From the NCBI RefSeq assembly GCF_006345805.1, contig NW_021823729.1:1-21422 (forward strand): a DNA stretch of 21,422 nucleotides, read 5' to 3'. This DNA is from Octopus sinensis (lineage: Eukaryota). Under the pieces are notes generated by a model. The model saw nothing but the letters and a program-made list of their open reading frames with translations, searched no databases and was not told the origin of the DNA. Below, piece by piece: positions 1 through 10,114 of this stretch; the first letter of the stretch is position 1, and each line of letters starts with the position of its first letter. The translations under genes were made by a program, and so were the position numbers.

Positions 1-280
1 GTCTTGGGCTGGCCAAAGCCTTGTGTGTGTGTGTGTATCTCTCTCTCTCTCTCTCTCTCTCTTTGTGTTTGTGTTTGTCCCCCTTGCCTTCCACTTGATA
101 ACCAGTGTTGACGTGTATATGTCCCCATAACTTAGCAGTTCAGCGAAAGTGGTCGATAGAATAAGTAGCAGGCTTAAAATAAATAAGCACTGGGGTCAAT
201 TAATTTGACTAAAAATTCATCAAGGCTGTGCCCCAGCATGGCCACAATCTAATGACTGAAACAAGTAAAAGATAAAAGAT
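1..280 (+). mobile_element. SINE family A, 3' portion (cut by window edge), with internal (TG)n/(CT)n
   Basis: Same body as the 8039 and 14364 copies (ccaaagccttgtg...gtcccc.taacttagc...gatagaataagta...ccagcatggcc.ca...atgactgaaacaagtaaaaga) and a (TAAAAGA)n tail. Confidence 0.85.
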
Positions 281-914
281 ACATACACACACATATAGAT
301 GTATGTATGTATGTATGTATCTATCTATCTATCTGTCTACCTATCGATCTATCTGTCTGTCTATATACATATATGAGCAAACACAATTATATATGTAACA
401 TGCGTGCATATTTTATATGTGCATGTCTGTATGGTTGGGTGGGTGAGACCATGCAGAATAAGAGAGAGAGAGGAGAGAGAGAGAGAAGGAAAGAAAAAGA
501 GAAAGAAAGAGACAGAAAGATGTATGTTTAAATAGTTGGTAATTATAAAAGAGACATAAAAAGTGGAAACTAGTATATTTCTATAAATATAATCGAAGAC
601 AATTGTATTATAATTGAGCTATAAATTTTGTTTTAATTTTCCTCTATGATTACTTTCATATCAAATACATAGATATGCAGAAGATTCTAACATATTTAAT
701 AGGTAAATACAGTATTTTAATATATATATAATATATATATTGCCTGTATATGTGATGTATACATGTGCACACAAATCAATGTGTGTGTGTGTATGTATGT
801 GTATATATGTAATAGATATATATATATATACTATATATATATATCTATATATATATATATATATATGTTATATATCTATATATATATATTATATATATAT
901 CTATATTTATATAT

Positions 915-1008
915 AGCCTGGTGCAGTTTCCTGGCTTCCCAGACCCCGGTCGAACCATCCAACTCGTGCTGGCACGGAAAACAGACATTAAACGATGATG
1001 ATGATGAT
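915..1008 (+). mobile_element. 3' end of family B element with RTE-type (GAT)n tail
   Basis: agcctggtgcag...cttcccagaccccggtcgaaccatccaac...ggaaaacagacattaaacgatgatgat is nearly identical to 16387-16480. Confidence 0.85.
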
Positions 1009-1024
1009 ATATACATATATATAT

Positions 1025-1454
1025 CCTGTTATTTCTTTCAGCCATTTAACTGTGGTCATGCTGGAGCATCGCCTTTAGTTGAACAAATTGACCACAGGAC
1101 TTATTCTTTGTAAGCCTAGTACTTATTCTAGTGGTCTCTTTTGCCAAACCGCTAGGTTACAGGGGCATAAACACACCCACATCAGTTGTCAAGTGATGGT
1201 GAGGGGGGGGGGCAAACACAGTCACACACACAAATTTACACACACATACACACAAAAACACACACACACACGCACACAACACACACACACACGACAGGCT
1301 TCTTTCAGTTTCTGTCTACCAAATCCACTCACAAGGATTTGGTCAGTCCGAGGTTATAGAAGAAGACATTTGCCCAAGGTGCCATACAGTGAGACTGGAC
1401 CCGGAACCATGTGGTTGGTAAGCAAGCTACTTACCACACAACTAGTCCTGCACC
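1025..1454 (-). mobile_element. SINE family A, full length, minus strand
   Basis: Reverse complement reads ggtgcaggactagttgtgtggtaagtagcttgcttaccaaccacatggttccgggtccagtc..., then internal (TG)n and the family 3' body; colinear with the 8039-8430 copy. Confidence 0.9.
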
Positions 1455-1462
1455 TATATAGA

Positions 1463-1576
1463 GGTGCAGGTGTTGTTGTGTGCTTAAGAAGTATGCTTTG
1501 TGACCTTGTAGCCTTCGGTTCAGTCTCATTGTATGATACCATGGGCAAGTGTTTACTGTTATAGCCCTGGGATACC
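1463..1576 (+). mobile_element. SINE family A head, degenerate, head-to-head with the 1025-1454 copy
   Basis: ggtgcagg...gtgtgcttaagaagt...cggttcagtctcattg...accatgggcaagtgtttactgttatagcc matches the family head. Confidence 0.75.
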
Positions 1577-1686
1577 ATAGTGAATTTGGGAGAGAGGAAT
1601 CAAATCTACTACTACTAAGAAACCTGACATGAATATATATGTATATATGTGTGTGTGTGTGAATGTAATTATATATATATATATAC

Positions 1687-2409
1687 CAGTGGTGACTCTG
1701 GCACTCAGGCTGTTGAGCTTAGCCCGAGTATAAATTTTATGAAGTTAACGTGTATTTGCAAGCTGATTTAATTTCTGCCAACACTGACTTCAAGTATGTA
1801 ATTTCAGCCAATAACTCTGGCTCCTTTTATTGAGCCTGGCTGCAGTTTATTTATTTTCGTTCGGCATTTACCAGTCATGTTAGAGGTGCCCTGTGTCAAA
1901 AAATATCATTCGTAGCAGACGTTCTCTTGACATCATTCAGAGATGCCTGACTCGGTCTCAGAAGTTACAGCCCAAGTTGTTATCTATGATTGCAAAAATT
2001 AAAAGTAATTCAAATTCAATGTTTTCTTGAAACAATAAATTTCTCTGGAGATTAGGATTTAAATTCCAGTCTATGAAAGGTTTCCATTCCAAAATATTCT
2101 TGAAATGAAAAATTACCCATCAACTTGGGCTAATATGAACAACCCTGATAGGTGTAAAAGACTAACTGGCATCTCTTGTCAAGAGTACAGGTGATGGTTT
2201 GATCGGTGATTTTTGTTGTGCACTCCGCTGTTGCTATTTGATTACTGTTATTCTGAACATCTGTGTGTAAAGATCAGTTGTGTTTTGCAGGATTGCTTTA
2301 TTTTTACCCTTAACTTAGAAATGGAGAAAGACGTGATATTCTTCGAGCAGGTATGTGTCATATGTGAAATTTGTGATCAGCCTGAGTGATACTGATGACC
2401 TGGAGTCCC

Positions 2410-2414
<5 letters not shown>
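1687..2414. mobile_element. Non-autonomous fold-back DNA transposon with hAT-like termini
   Basis: Left end CAGTGGTGACTCTGG-CACTCAGGCTG; right end reverse-complemented CAGAGGGGACTCCAGG-(10 nt)-CACTCAGGCTG. Flanks atatatac/atatatat are a 7/8 match, consistent with an 8-bp TSD. Internal inverted segments are symmetric about ~2050. The hAT call is inferred from the CAG termini and 8-bp flanks. Confidence 0.65.
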
Positions 2415-2504
<90 letters not shown>

Positions 2505-2519
2505 GTATATATATGTATA

Positions 2520-2593
<74 letters not shown>

Positions 2594-2600
2594 TATATAT
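2415..2600. repeat. (TA)n/(TG)n microsatellite
   Basis: Direct reading; explains the YI-rich ORFs 2355-2738 and 2447-2656. Confidence 0.95.
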
Positions 2601-2694
2601 ACTTATATAAACTTTTCTTCCATTCCACTGCCCACAGCAGCTTTTTCAGTCTATAGTTCTCTCAAAGTCTCTTTCCAGATGTCTTTTACTTTGC

Positions 2695-2915
2695 AGATAA
2701 CCAAATACTCAAGATATTTCGAGAATGTAGTGCAGTGAATAATGTGATTCCAAAATCCAAAAGTACAAATAACACTGGGCCAGTCATGTGTCTAACAGGT
2801 GGACACATGAAGTTGTTAACTGGTATCAAGGAGATTGGAAGACAATAGAAGACCATTTTGACCAGTAATGTATTAGAACAGCTAATAACTGACCAGTAGA
2901 GCTATGTACAGATAA
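2695..2915 (+). pseudogene. Degenerate RTE-clade LINE, ORF2 C-terminal relic
   Basis: 2773-2868 translates HWASHVSNRWTHEVVNWYQGDWKTIEDHFDQ*, matching the post-RT motif RWAGHVAR..DNRWT..V..WYP.D.KR..GRP of RTE LINEs. Frameshifts lie upstream. Confidence 0.6.
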
Positions 2916-3657
2916 ATTCCTCTATTTACATAATATCTAAGTCTCTTTCATTCTTTTGTTGTCTTACCATTTCTATCAATATATATATATATATATATAC
3001 ATATATATGTGTGTGTGTGTGTGTGTGTGTATGGCTCTGAGGGAGCTATAAGATGTTGCACAAACACTCAGCTCTGAGTGCACTGGTTTTTTTGTAGCAG
3101 AAACAGCTGTAAGCTAATGAGAGTTATTACATACTCCTGTTCTTTTGTCATTCATTAATTTACATTACACTCTCTATTTACCTAAAGCATGTGTATATTG
3201 ATTTCCTTACAGCTGTATATTAGAATCACTATGCCTGAGTGAAATCATTACATACATATGGTGTAATAACATGTATATATACATGTACAAATGCATCCTG
3301 CCCCTACCACACCCCATACACACTGAGTATTAACATGTGTGTCTTGTTTTTATGAATAAATAGCTTTGTATGTCATTGATATTCAGACATAATTAAGAAG
3401 CTAAGTCTTAAACAGAGAGAAACTAATTATTGATGAATAAAATTACATCCCAAATTTTATAGTCTAACTTACAATGTACTTATGTATGTGCAAATATATC
3501 TGTGTGTGTGTGTGTGGTGTGTGTGTGTGTGTGTGCATGTATATATGTATACATACATATATATACACGCACACATACACACATACACACCCACATATAT
3601 AAATATGTACACACACACATGCACAAGCATTTTTATTTATATATATATATATATATA

Positions 3658-3820
3658 GATGCAGGTATAGCCCTATGGTCATAAGCTTCTTTCCCAGCCA
3701 AATAGTTCTGGGTTCAGCCCCACTGCATAGAACCTTGGGCAAGTGGGTTCTACTATAGCCTCAGGTTAAGCCAAACCTTTTCGTTGGATTTGGTAGACAG
3801 AAACTGAAAGAAGTCCGTCG
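3658..3820 (+). mobile_element. SINE family A, 5' half (interrupted by mariner)
   Basis: gatgcagg...ctgggttcagccccactgc...accttgggcaagtg...ggatttggtagacagaaactgaaagaagtccgtcg, followed by (TA)n. Confidence 0.85.
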
Positions 3821-3861
3821 TATATATATATATATATTGGGTCAATTAGTATATCTATATA

Positions 3862-5120
3862 TTAGTTCAATTGCATAAACTAATAGTTGGAGGAGGACAA
3901 GATAAACTACCGGCACCAACTGCCAATAAGATCAGGTAGTAATTTTACCTTACTCTTAGTCTTAGTGGAAGTTTTGAAGAATGCAGTTCGATTTTAAGTT
4001 ACTTTTTCAAAGCTATAATGGAAATGACAAAGGAACATATTCGGCATATTTTGCTTTATGTGTTCGATAAAGGCAACAACGCAATGGAAAGTGCAAGGAA
4101 TATTAATACAGTATATGGGGATTGGAGAATAAGTGTAAACCAGGGTCAACAGCGGATCCAGAAATTCCAAGCCGGAAACTACAGCCTAGAAGACGAGTCT
4201 CATCCTGGAGCATCTGTAGAGCTCAACGAGGACATCCTGCAAACCCTGGTGGAACAAAATCCCATTGTAACTGCTGAGGAACTAGCAGAGAAACTTGGAT
4301 TTGGACATTCAATTATTCCTTGGCACCTGCGTGCCATTGGAAAAGTCAGCAAATTGGGTCAATGGGTTCCTCACAAACTTGTCAAGTGTAATCACATGCA
4401 GAGAGTGAATGTGTCTCATTTTTGCTGTCACGTCTCTCGAATGAGCCTTTTTTAGACCGAATAGTAACTGGTGATGAGAAATGAATTCTCTATAAAAATG
4501 TCAAGCACCAAAGACAGCGGGGTAGGGAAAGGAGAAACACTGGTATCCCAGGCTAAAAAAGGTCTTCACATACATAAAGTGTTGTTATCTATTTGGTGGG
4601 ACATGAAAAATTTAGTCCACTTTGAACCTTTACACGATAACAAATGATAACAAAGGAGATCTACTGCAAGCAGCCTGAGCAGCTTAAGTCAGCGCTAGAA
4701 GGAAACAGCCATCTTTGGTTTCAAGACCAAAAGTGTTTTTCCATCAGGATAATGCTCGGCCACAGACAGAAATGATGACATTCCAAAGGCTGGAGCAGTT
4801 TGAATGGGAAACGATGCCCCACCCACCATATTCGCCAGACATTGCTCCATCTGATTATTATTTACGTTGCAGTCTTCAAAATCATTTGGACGGAAAAAAT
4901 TTGGATTTTGTAGATGAGGTTTGAACAGTATTGGAAGAATATTTTTCCTCACAGGCGAATGAATTTTGGAAGAGGGGCCTTGCAAGTTTACGAGATAGCT
5001 GGAAGAGCATTGTAGAAAATGAAGGGGTGTATATTCTAGATTAAAAAATAACTTTGTTTATCTTAATTTTGAAAATTAAAAGAAGTATAAATAAACTGCA
5101 TTATTTATGGGATTATCCAA
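3862..5120 (+). mobile_element. Mariner (DD34D) DNA transposon, ~1.26 kb, inactive
   Basis: Right TIR ctgcattatttatgggattatccaa|TA; degenerate left TIR TA|ttagttcaattgcataaactaat; transposase remnants between them; typical mariner length. Confidence 0.9.
4018..5044 (+). pseudogene. Mariner transposase pseudogene (frameshifts and stops)
   Basis: N-terminal HTH region (KEHIRHILLY..KG.NA.E.AR.I..VYG), WVPHKL linker, IVTGDEK (first D), FHQDNARP (second D) and YSPDIAPSDY (third D). I count 34 residues between D2 and D3. The ORF is broken near 4430-4455 and again downstream. Confidence 0.92.
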
Positions 5121-5135
5121 TATATATATATTATA

Positions 5136-5171
<36 letters not shown>

Positions 5172-5234
5172 TGCATGTCAATATATATATATATATATAT
5201 ATGCATGTCAAAAAATCATGTGTGCATAACTTTT

Positions 5235-5447
5235 TGTTTGCGCTTGTTCCCCCAACACCGTTTGACAGCTGGTGTTGGTGTGTTTACATCCCCATAACTT
5301 AGTGACTCAGCAAAAGAGACCGACAGAATAAGTACTAGGCTTAAAAAATAATGTTCTGCAGTTGATTCGGTCGACTAAAATCTCTTCAAGGTGGTGTTCC
5401 AGCATGGCCACAGTCAACTGACTGAAACAAATAAAAGAATAAAAGAA
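5235..5447 (+). mobile_element. SINE family A, 3' half (continuation of 3658-3820)
   Basis: gttcccccaacaccgtttgacagctggtgttggtgtgtttacatccccataacttag...ccagcatggccacagtcaactgactgaaacaaataaaagaataaaaga. Confidence 0.85.
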
Positions 5448-5457
5448 TTTATATGCA

Positions 5458-5498
<41 letters not shown>

Positions 5499-6030
5499 GT
5501 TGTGCAGTTACTTTTGTACACCCAGCAGCTTCGTTCATGACATGATAGAACTCCTATCTATCCTACTTAACATTAAACATAACATAACATTTCCCTGGCT
5601 TCTTCCCTCACTCTTCTGATGTCCACTGATAAGAAGGATCATATTAGAAATGAGAGCCGTAGGGGGGACAACAAGCTGTAAATGTTATAGGAAAGGGTGT
5701 ATATAAAGTAGAACTATATGATTAGTTACTAATTACTTCACCACTAAGTTATTTTCTTTATCTTTTTTCCATCATGTTTTATCTGGTTTCTGCCACTCTT
5801 ATGCCAGATCTTTAAATTCCTGTTTTTATGTTTTGCTTGTATTGTGTCCCCACTTCCCTGATATATTATTCTATTTTTTTAAATTTTTTTTTTTATATTC
5901 TTTAATTGGTCTAACCATGGTATTTAAATTTTTGTGCTCGTTTAATCACGTTGCTGTTGTTGTTGTTATTGTTGGTGGTGTTTTAGCCCTGGTCATTCCT
6001 GAGTCAGCAAAACATTCAAGATATGACTAT

Positions 6031-6117
6031 GGTGTCCTTTGAGGAAGGGTCTTCTATCATAGACCTGGGCCAACCAAACATTAGTCAATGGATTTAGATA
6101 CTGAAAGAAGCCTGCTG
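6031..6117 (+). mobile_element. SINE family A, old central fragment
   Basis: gtcttctatcatagacctgggccaaccaaac...ggattt...actgaaagaagcctg is similar to the family consensus. Confidence 0.6.
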
Positions 6118-6127
6118 TTTATCAATA

Positions 6128-6330
6128 TCATCATCATTCTCATCATTTAACGTCCATGTTACTTGATGTCATGGGTTGGATGGGTTGACAGGATCCATTG
6201 GGTCCAAGGACTGAATTTAGTACCAGCATCTGCTTTGGTAGGGTCTCCATGGCCTAGTACCCTTCCTAATGCCAAGCATATATTGAGTGCTTTTTACATG
6301 CCACCAACACTAGTGAGGTCACCATGAAGT
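6128..6330 (-). mobile_element. Old family B (RTE-tailed) element
   Basis: (CAT)n-ttaacgtcc...gggttggatgggttgac...cccttcctaatgccaa...gtgctttttacatgccacc is the reverse complement of the 16290-16480 motifs. Confidence 0.75.
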
Positions 6331-6388
6331 CCGAAAGATTACAAGCTCCCAAGAGATGGTGGGTGGTGGTGTTTTTATGCTAGAGGAT

Positions 6389-6390
<2 letters not shown>

Positions 6391-6420
<30 letters not shown>

Positions 6421-6456
6421 TTAACGTCTGTTTTCCATGCTAGCATGGATTGGACA
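6391..6456 (-). mobile_element. RTE-type tail fragment
   Basis: (CAT)10-ttaacgtctgttttccatgctagcatggattgga. Confidence 0.8.
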
Positions 6457-6485
6457 ACATATGTGCATATTTGCATATATATGTT

Positions 6486-6647
6486 GATGTGGCTGTGTGG
6501 TAAGAAGTTTACTCAGCCTGGAACCACACAGTTCCAGGTTCAGTCCTACAGCATGGCACCTTGAAAAAATGTCTTTCACTATAGACCAGAACCAACAAAA
6601 TCCTTGTGAGTTGGCTTAGCTGATGAAAGTTGTAAGATGCCCATCAG

Positions 6648-6685
<38 letters not shown>

Positions 6686-7030
6686 TGTGTGTGTGTGTCT
6701 GTGTGTGTCTCTGTGTGTGTGTATGTGAGTGTGTGTGTGTATGCTTGCATGCATGTATGTATATGTGATTATGTATGTGTGTTACTGCCTTGATATTATA
6801 TAATAGTTGTAAGGAAGCATCACTGTCATACAAGTGGTGTCTATTCTTTCTAACCTTCTGTGAAAACATGTCTGGTCATGTGGTCAGTATCAACTTCCAT
6901 GGAAAGAGTTGAGAGCTGGCAACATAAAGGACATCTGTTTGAAGAGAGTTTTCTTCAACAAATTCCATTTAACCCATGCAAACAGAAAAGTGGGCATTAA
7001 ATTGATGATGAGGATGATGTAGTGATGATG
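6486..7030 (+). mobile_element. Chimeric SINE (family C): family A head + microsatellite + different body + RTE-type (GAT)n tail
   Basis: Head gtggctgtgtggtaagaag...ggttcagtcct...ggcaccttg; (TG)n; body cactgtcatacaagtggtg...aacatgtctggtcatg; end aacccatgcaaacagaaaagtgggcattaaattgatgatg. Confidence 0.7.
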
Positions 7031-7073
7031 GTGTATGTGTCTATGCATGTGTGTGTTTGTTGTGTGTGTGTGC

Positions 7074-7300
7074 CTCCTTGCCTCAGTATTCTTAACAGTC
7101 ATAAGCAAGTGTCACCATCCTACAGTTGGTGTCATTCTTTCCCCCAATCTTTCAGGGTGGGTGGGGAATATTACTGTCAGAGTAAATCAAGTGTTGGCTT
7201 CAGGAAGAGTATCCAGCTGTAGAAAATCTGCATCAGCAAATTTTGTATGATCTATACAAGCATTGAAATGTGGACATTAAAACAATGATAATGGTGATGA
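7074..7300 (+). mobile_element. Second family C 3' half, in tandem
   Basis: gtgtcaccatcctacagttggtgtc...caggaagagtatccagctgtagaaaatctg...caagcattgaaatgtggacattaaaacaatgat parallels 6790-7030. Confidence 0.7.
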
Positions 7301-7817
7301 ATGTAAGAATATCAAGTACTACTTTATCAAAATTGTTTTATTTTTTTACTTTTGTAATTACAAACAATAAATCTGAGAAAGGATGTGTACTGAAGGAAGT
7401 TTGGCTACCTGTTAAAGTTGCAGCTGAGTGACCAAGTCAGGTGTCTAAAGAACCTGGCACTTGAAGAGTCCAGAGTCTACAGTACATGTCCTATCAATAA
7501 TGTTATAATATGATCTTTGACCATGATGCTAATCTTGTAGTGGTTCTGTCCTTCCAACTGCATGTACAATTACAAAAAACAAAAAAAATAAAAACAGGGA
7601 AGTGCCCCACGTTTGCTAATGGTAAGAATTTAGATGGTACAGGCAATGGTCATGTTAGGAATGAATGGTGAATGCCAAAAAAAAAAAAAAAATTATTAAT
7701 CCACACTGAATTGATATTTGTCATTTAAATGGAGAAAGAAAACAAAGAACTACAATTGTTCAGCAACACTCAAAGGAAAGAAAAGACAATTTCAAGAAAT
7801 AGATACTGGCATGGCAA

Positions 7818-7894
7818 TCCTCCTCCTCCTCCTCATCATCATCATCATCATCATCATCCTCATCATCATCATCGTCATCATCACCATCACCACC

Positions 7895-7928
<34 letters not shown>

Positions 7929-7945
7929 TTTAATGTCCAGCTCGC
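7818..7945 (-). repeat. Expanded (CCT)n(CAT)n(CAC)n tail of an RTE-tailed element
   Basis: Trinucleotide run ending in ttaatgtcc, the reverse complement of the tail junction; explains the poly-His and poly-Ile ORFs. Confidence 0.75.
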
Positions 7946-7950
7946 TTTGC

Positions 7951-8011
7951 AACCATGTGATTTTTGGGTTCAATCTCACTGTGTGGCATCTTGGGCAAGT
8001 GTCTTCTACTT
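7951..8011 (+). mobile_element. SINE family A head fragment
   Basis: aaccatgtg...gggttcaatctcactgtgtggcatcttgggcaagtgtcttctact. Confidence 0.7.
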
Positions 8012-8038
8012 CTTAGTACATACACACACGTATATATA

Positions 8039-8430
8039 GGCGCATGAGTGGCTGTGTGGTAAGTAGCTTGCTTACCAACCACGTGGTTCCGGGTTCAGTC
8101 CCACTGCGTGGCACCTTGGGTAAGTGTCTTCTGCTATAACCTCGGGCCGACCAAAGCTTTGTTTGTGGATTTGGTAGATGGAAATTGAAAGAAGCCCATC
8201 ATATATATGTATATATATATGTGTGTGTTGTGTGTGTGTGTGCATTTGTGTGTGTCCCCCAACATCGCTTGGCAACCGATGCTGTAACTTAGCAGTTCGG
8301 CAAAAAAGACTGATAGAATTAGTACTAGGTTTAGAAAGAATAAGTCCTGAGGTCGATTTGCTTGACTAAAGGCGGTGCTCCAGGATGGCCGCAGTCAAAT
8401 GACTGAAACAAGTAAAAGAGTAAAAAGAGT
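8039..8430 (+). mobile_element. SINE family A, full length, tRNA-derived head
   Basis: A-box-like TGGCTGTGTGG (8049-8059), B-box-like GGTTCAGTCCC (8092-8102), internal (TA)n(TG)n and a gtaaaaga tandem tail; preceded by (TA)n. Confidence 0.92.
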
Positions 8431-9021
8431 ATATATATCTATATATACATAGATAGATATAGATATAGAGAGAAAGGAGGGGTGCAGACACACAACACAT
8501 TCAAAACACATTCTTTTTGCATACTTTACCTGTGTAAAAGATAACGATATATCTCAAACGAAAGATTAAAGATTCTAAAGTCCACTTTAAGATATTCCAA
8601 AAATAAAAACAGTGACATATTTTGAATTGGCATAAGGTCAATAATTGTAAGAGAGCAATGAATTTGAATGGATCAAGCTTCTTTTGTGATTAATATATAT
8701 TTGTACTTGTGGTATGAAATATGTCAGCTCAATTAGAATGTGGATGAATGTGACTAAATACAGTACCAGGGCTCTTATCCAGTTTAGAAAAATCTGGAAT
8801 TACCAAAAATTTGGCATTTTTGAAAGTGGCTAGTTTTGAATTTCATGGGCTAGCTGTAATGGAGTGCCTTGCATACAATGTGCTAAAAATAGTTTTGTTC
8901 AATATTTTTTTGTTTTTCTTGGATTGATAAAGATTAAAGATACTCTGTTTTGCTATTGTATTAATTTGTACCTGTATCTGCTAAAGCTTTTTTAAATTTA
9001 ATTTTCATCCTATAAACATTA

Positions 9022-9350
9022 TCTCTACATATATAAACGGCAAAATGTCTGTGTGCATGTCCTTTATACAAATCCACAGTTTTTCAGTTAGAGAGCTCGC
9101 ACTTTCTATGGTCATTCAAAACCGTCCAAAGGTGGTCGTGCACATCTTTACATTTCCCCAGTCACCCCGCAAAGCCATTAAAAAATCAATAGAAGTGACT
9201 TTTTTGTGAATTTTCTATCCAAAACCCAATCAAAATGCCCGAAACTTGATACGCCAATTGAATGCCAGCTAGATGTATGTGGTTGGTCGGAGATTTGGAC
9301 AGTACTCGCATGTATGTGCACATGCATGCAGCTGTATATGCATGCACTAG
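9022..9350 (+). mobile_element. Possible non-autonomous Helitron
   Basis: Starts A|TCTCTACATATATAAA followed by tgtctgtgtg, typical of animal non-autonomous Helitron 5' ends. The body is CpG-richer than its flanks. A tgcatgca palindrome precedes CTAG at 9347-9350, but CTAG is followed by C rather than T, so the 3' end is uncertain. Confidence 0.45.
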
Positions 9351-10114
9351 CACTATATAAATTGTGCAGTATGATATAAGAATTTAAAATGGATTTATAA
9401 ATATTAAAACAGACCCTGCTTTAGAATGTATAAATTTGAATCTGTTAAATGAAATTTACTTTTCATAATTTATTTTAAGTATATATGTATGCTGATAATA
9501 TGTTTATTATTTTAACTATGTTTTAATAAATGTTTATCTTGAGAATATGTTTAACCCCAGAAAACTAGAAAATCCAGAAATCTGGGCCACTTTCAATCTC
9601 AAGATATAAAGCTTCCAATCCAGTGATTTTCATTTCTGAAGACTTACTGCCCTAGAATTAAAATTACATAAATTAAACATGTTTCTTATTTCCATAATTC
9701 GTTTGCAACTGGATATAAGATTGGACAATTGTTGTACTGATGATAGTTACTGAGCCAAAAACTTATGTCCATAACTGTCCTCTTATCTTCAAACCATAAG
9801 CCTATCTTTTACCGCAAAAATCAACTTTTGAGAATTCTTGAATCTTGAAATTAACTTCCTTTCTTGTATGGAGCTGGTTTTAATTGCCTTTTGGTAATTG
9901 TGACACATCGTGTAGAGGCAGACATAATTTTGATAAATAAAGAATTGACGTTGTATGGTATTTGATATACCTGTATATGTTTATGTACATATCATGATTT
10001 TTTTTGTTCAAATGGTGTCATTGTAACACATACAATGTGTGCAAAAATTGAAGACAACTCATTGTTTTCATTGGGTTTCATATGTGAAGACCAATGGAAT
10101 AAAAAAAACTTTAG

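Noticed and set aside
2187-2264. Hairpin with C-box-like GTGATGG and D-box CTGA (snoRNA or miRNA candidate)
   Set aside because: No canonical terminal stem, only 8 nt of complementarity to 18S rRNA from recall, a loop too large for a pre-miRNA, and it lies inside the fold-back transposon.
2373-2415. GTGATCA...CTGA...CTGATGA...CTGA box C/D-like cluster
   Set aside because: Only ~43 nt long, and it coincides with the transposon right TIR.
2699-2868. Apparent plus-strand exons (ttgcag|ATAACC..., ctaacag|GTGGAC...)
   Set aside because: The best frame matches the RTE LINE C-terminal motif, so a retroelement relic is the simpler explanation.
8039-8115. tRNA gene
   Set aside because: A and B boxes are present, but there is no complete cloverleaf or terminator and it continues into a SINE body.
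8768-9418. CAGGGC...ACCCTG as possible hAT termini
   Set aside because: Only 5 matching bases and no 8-bp TSD.
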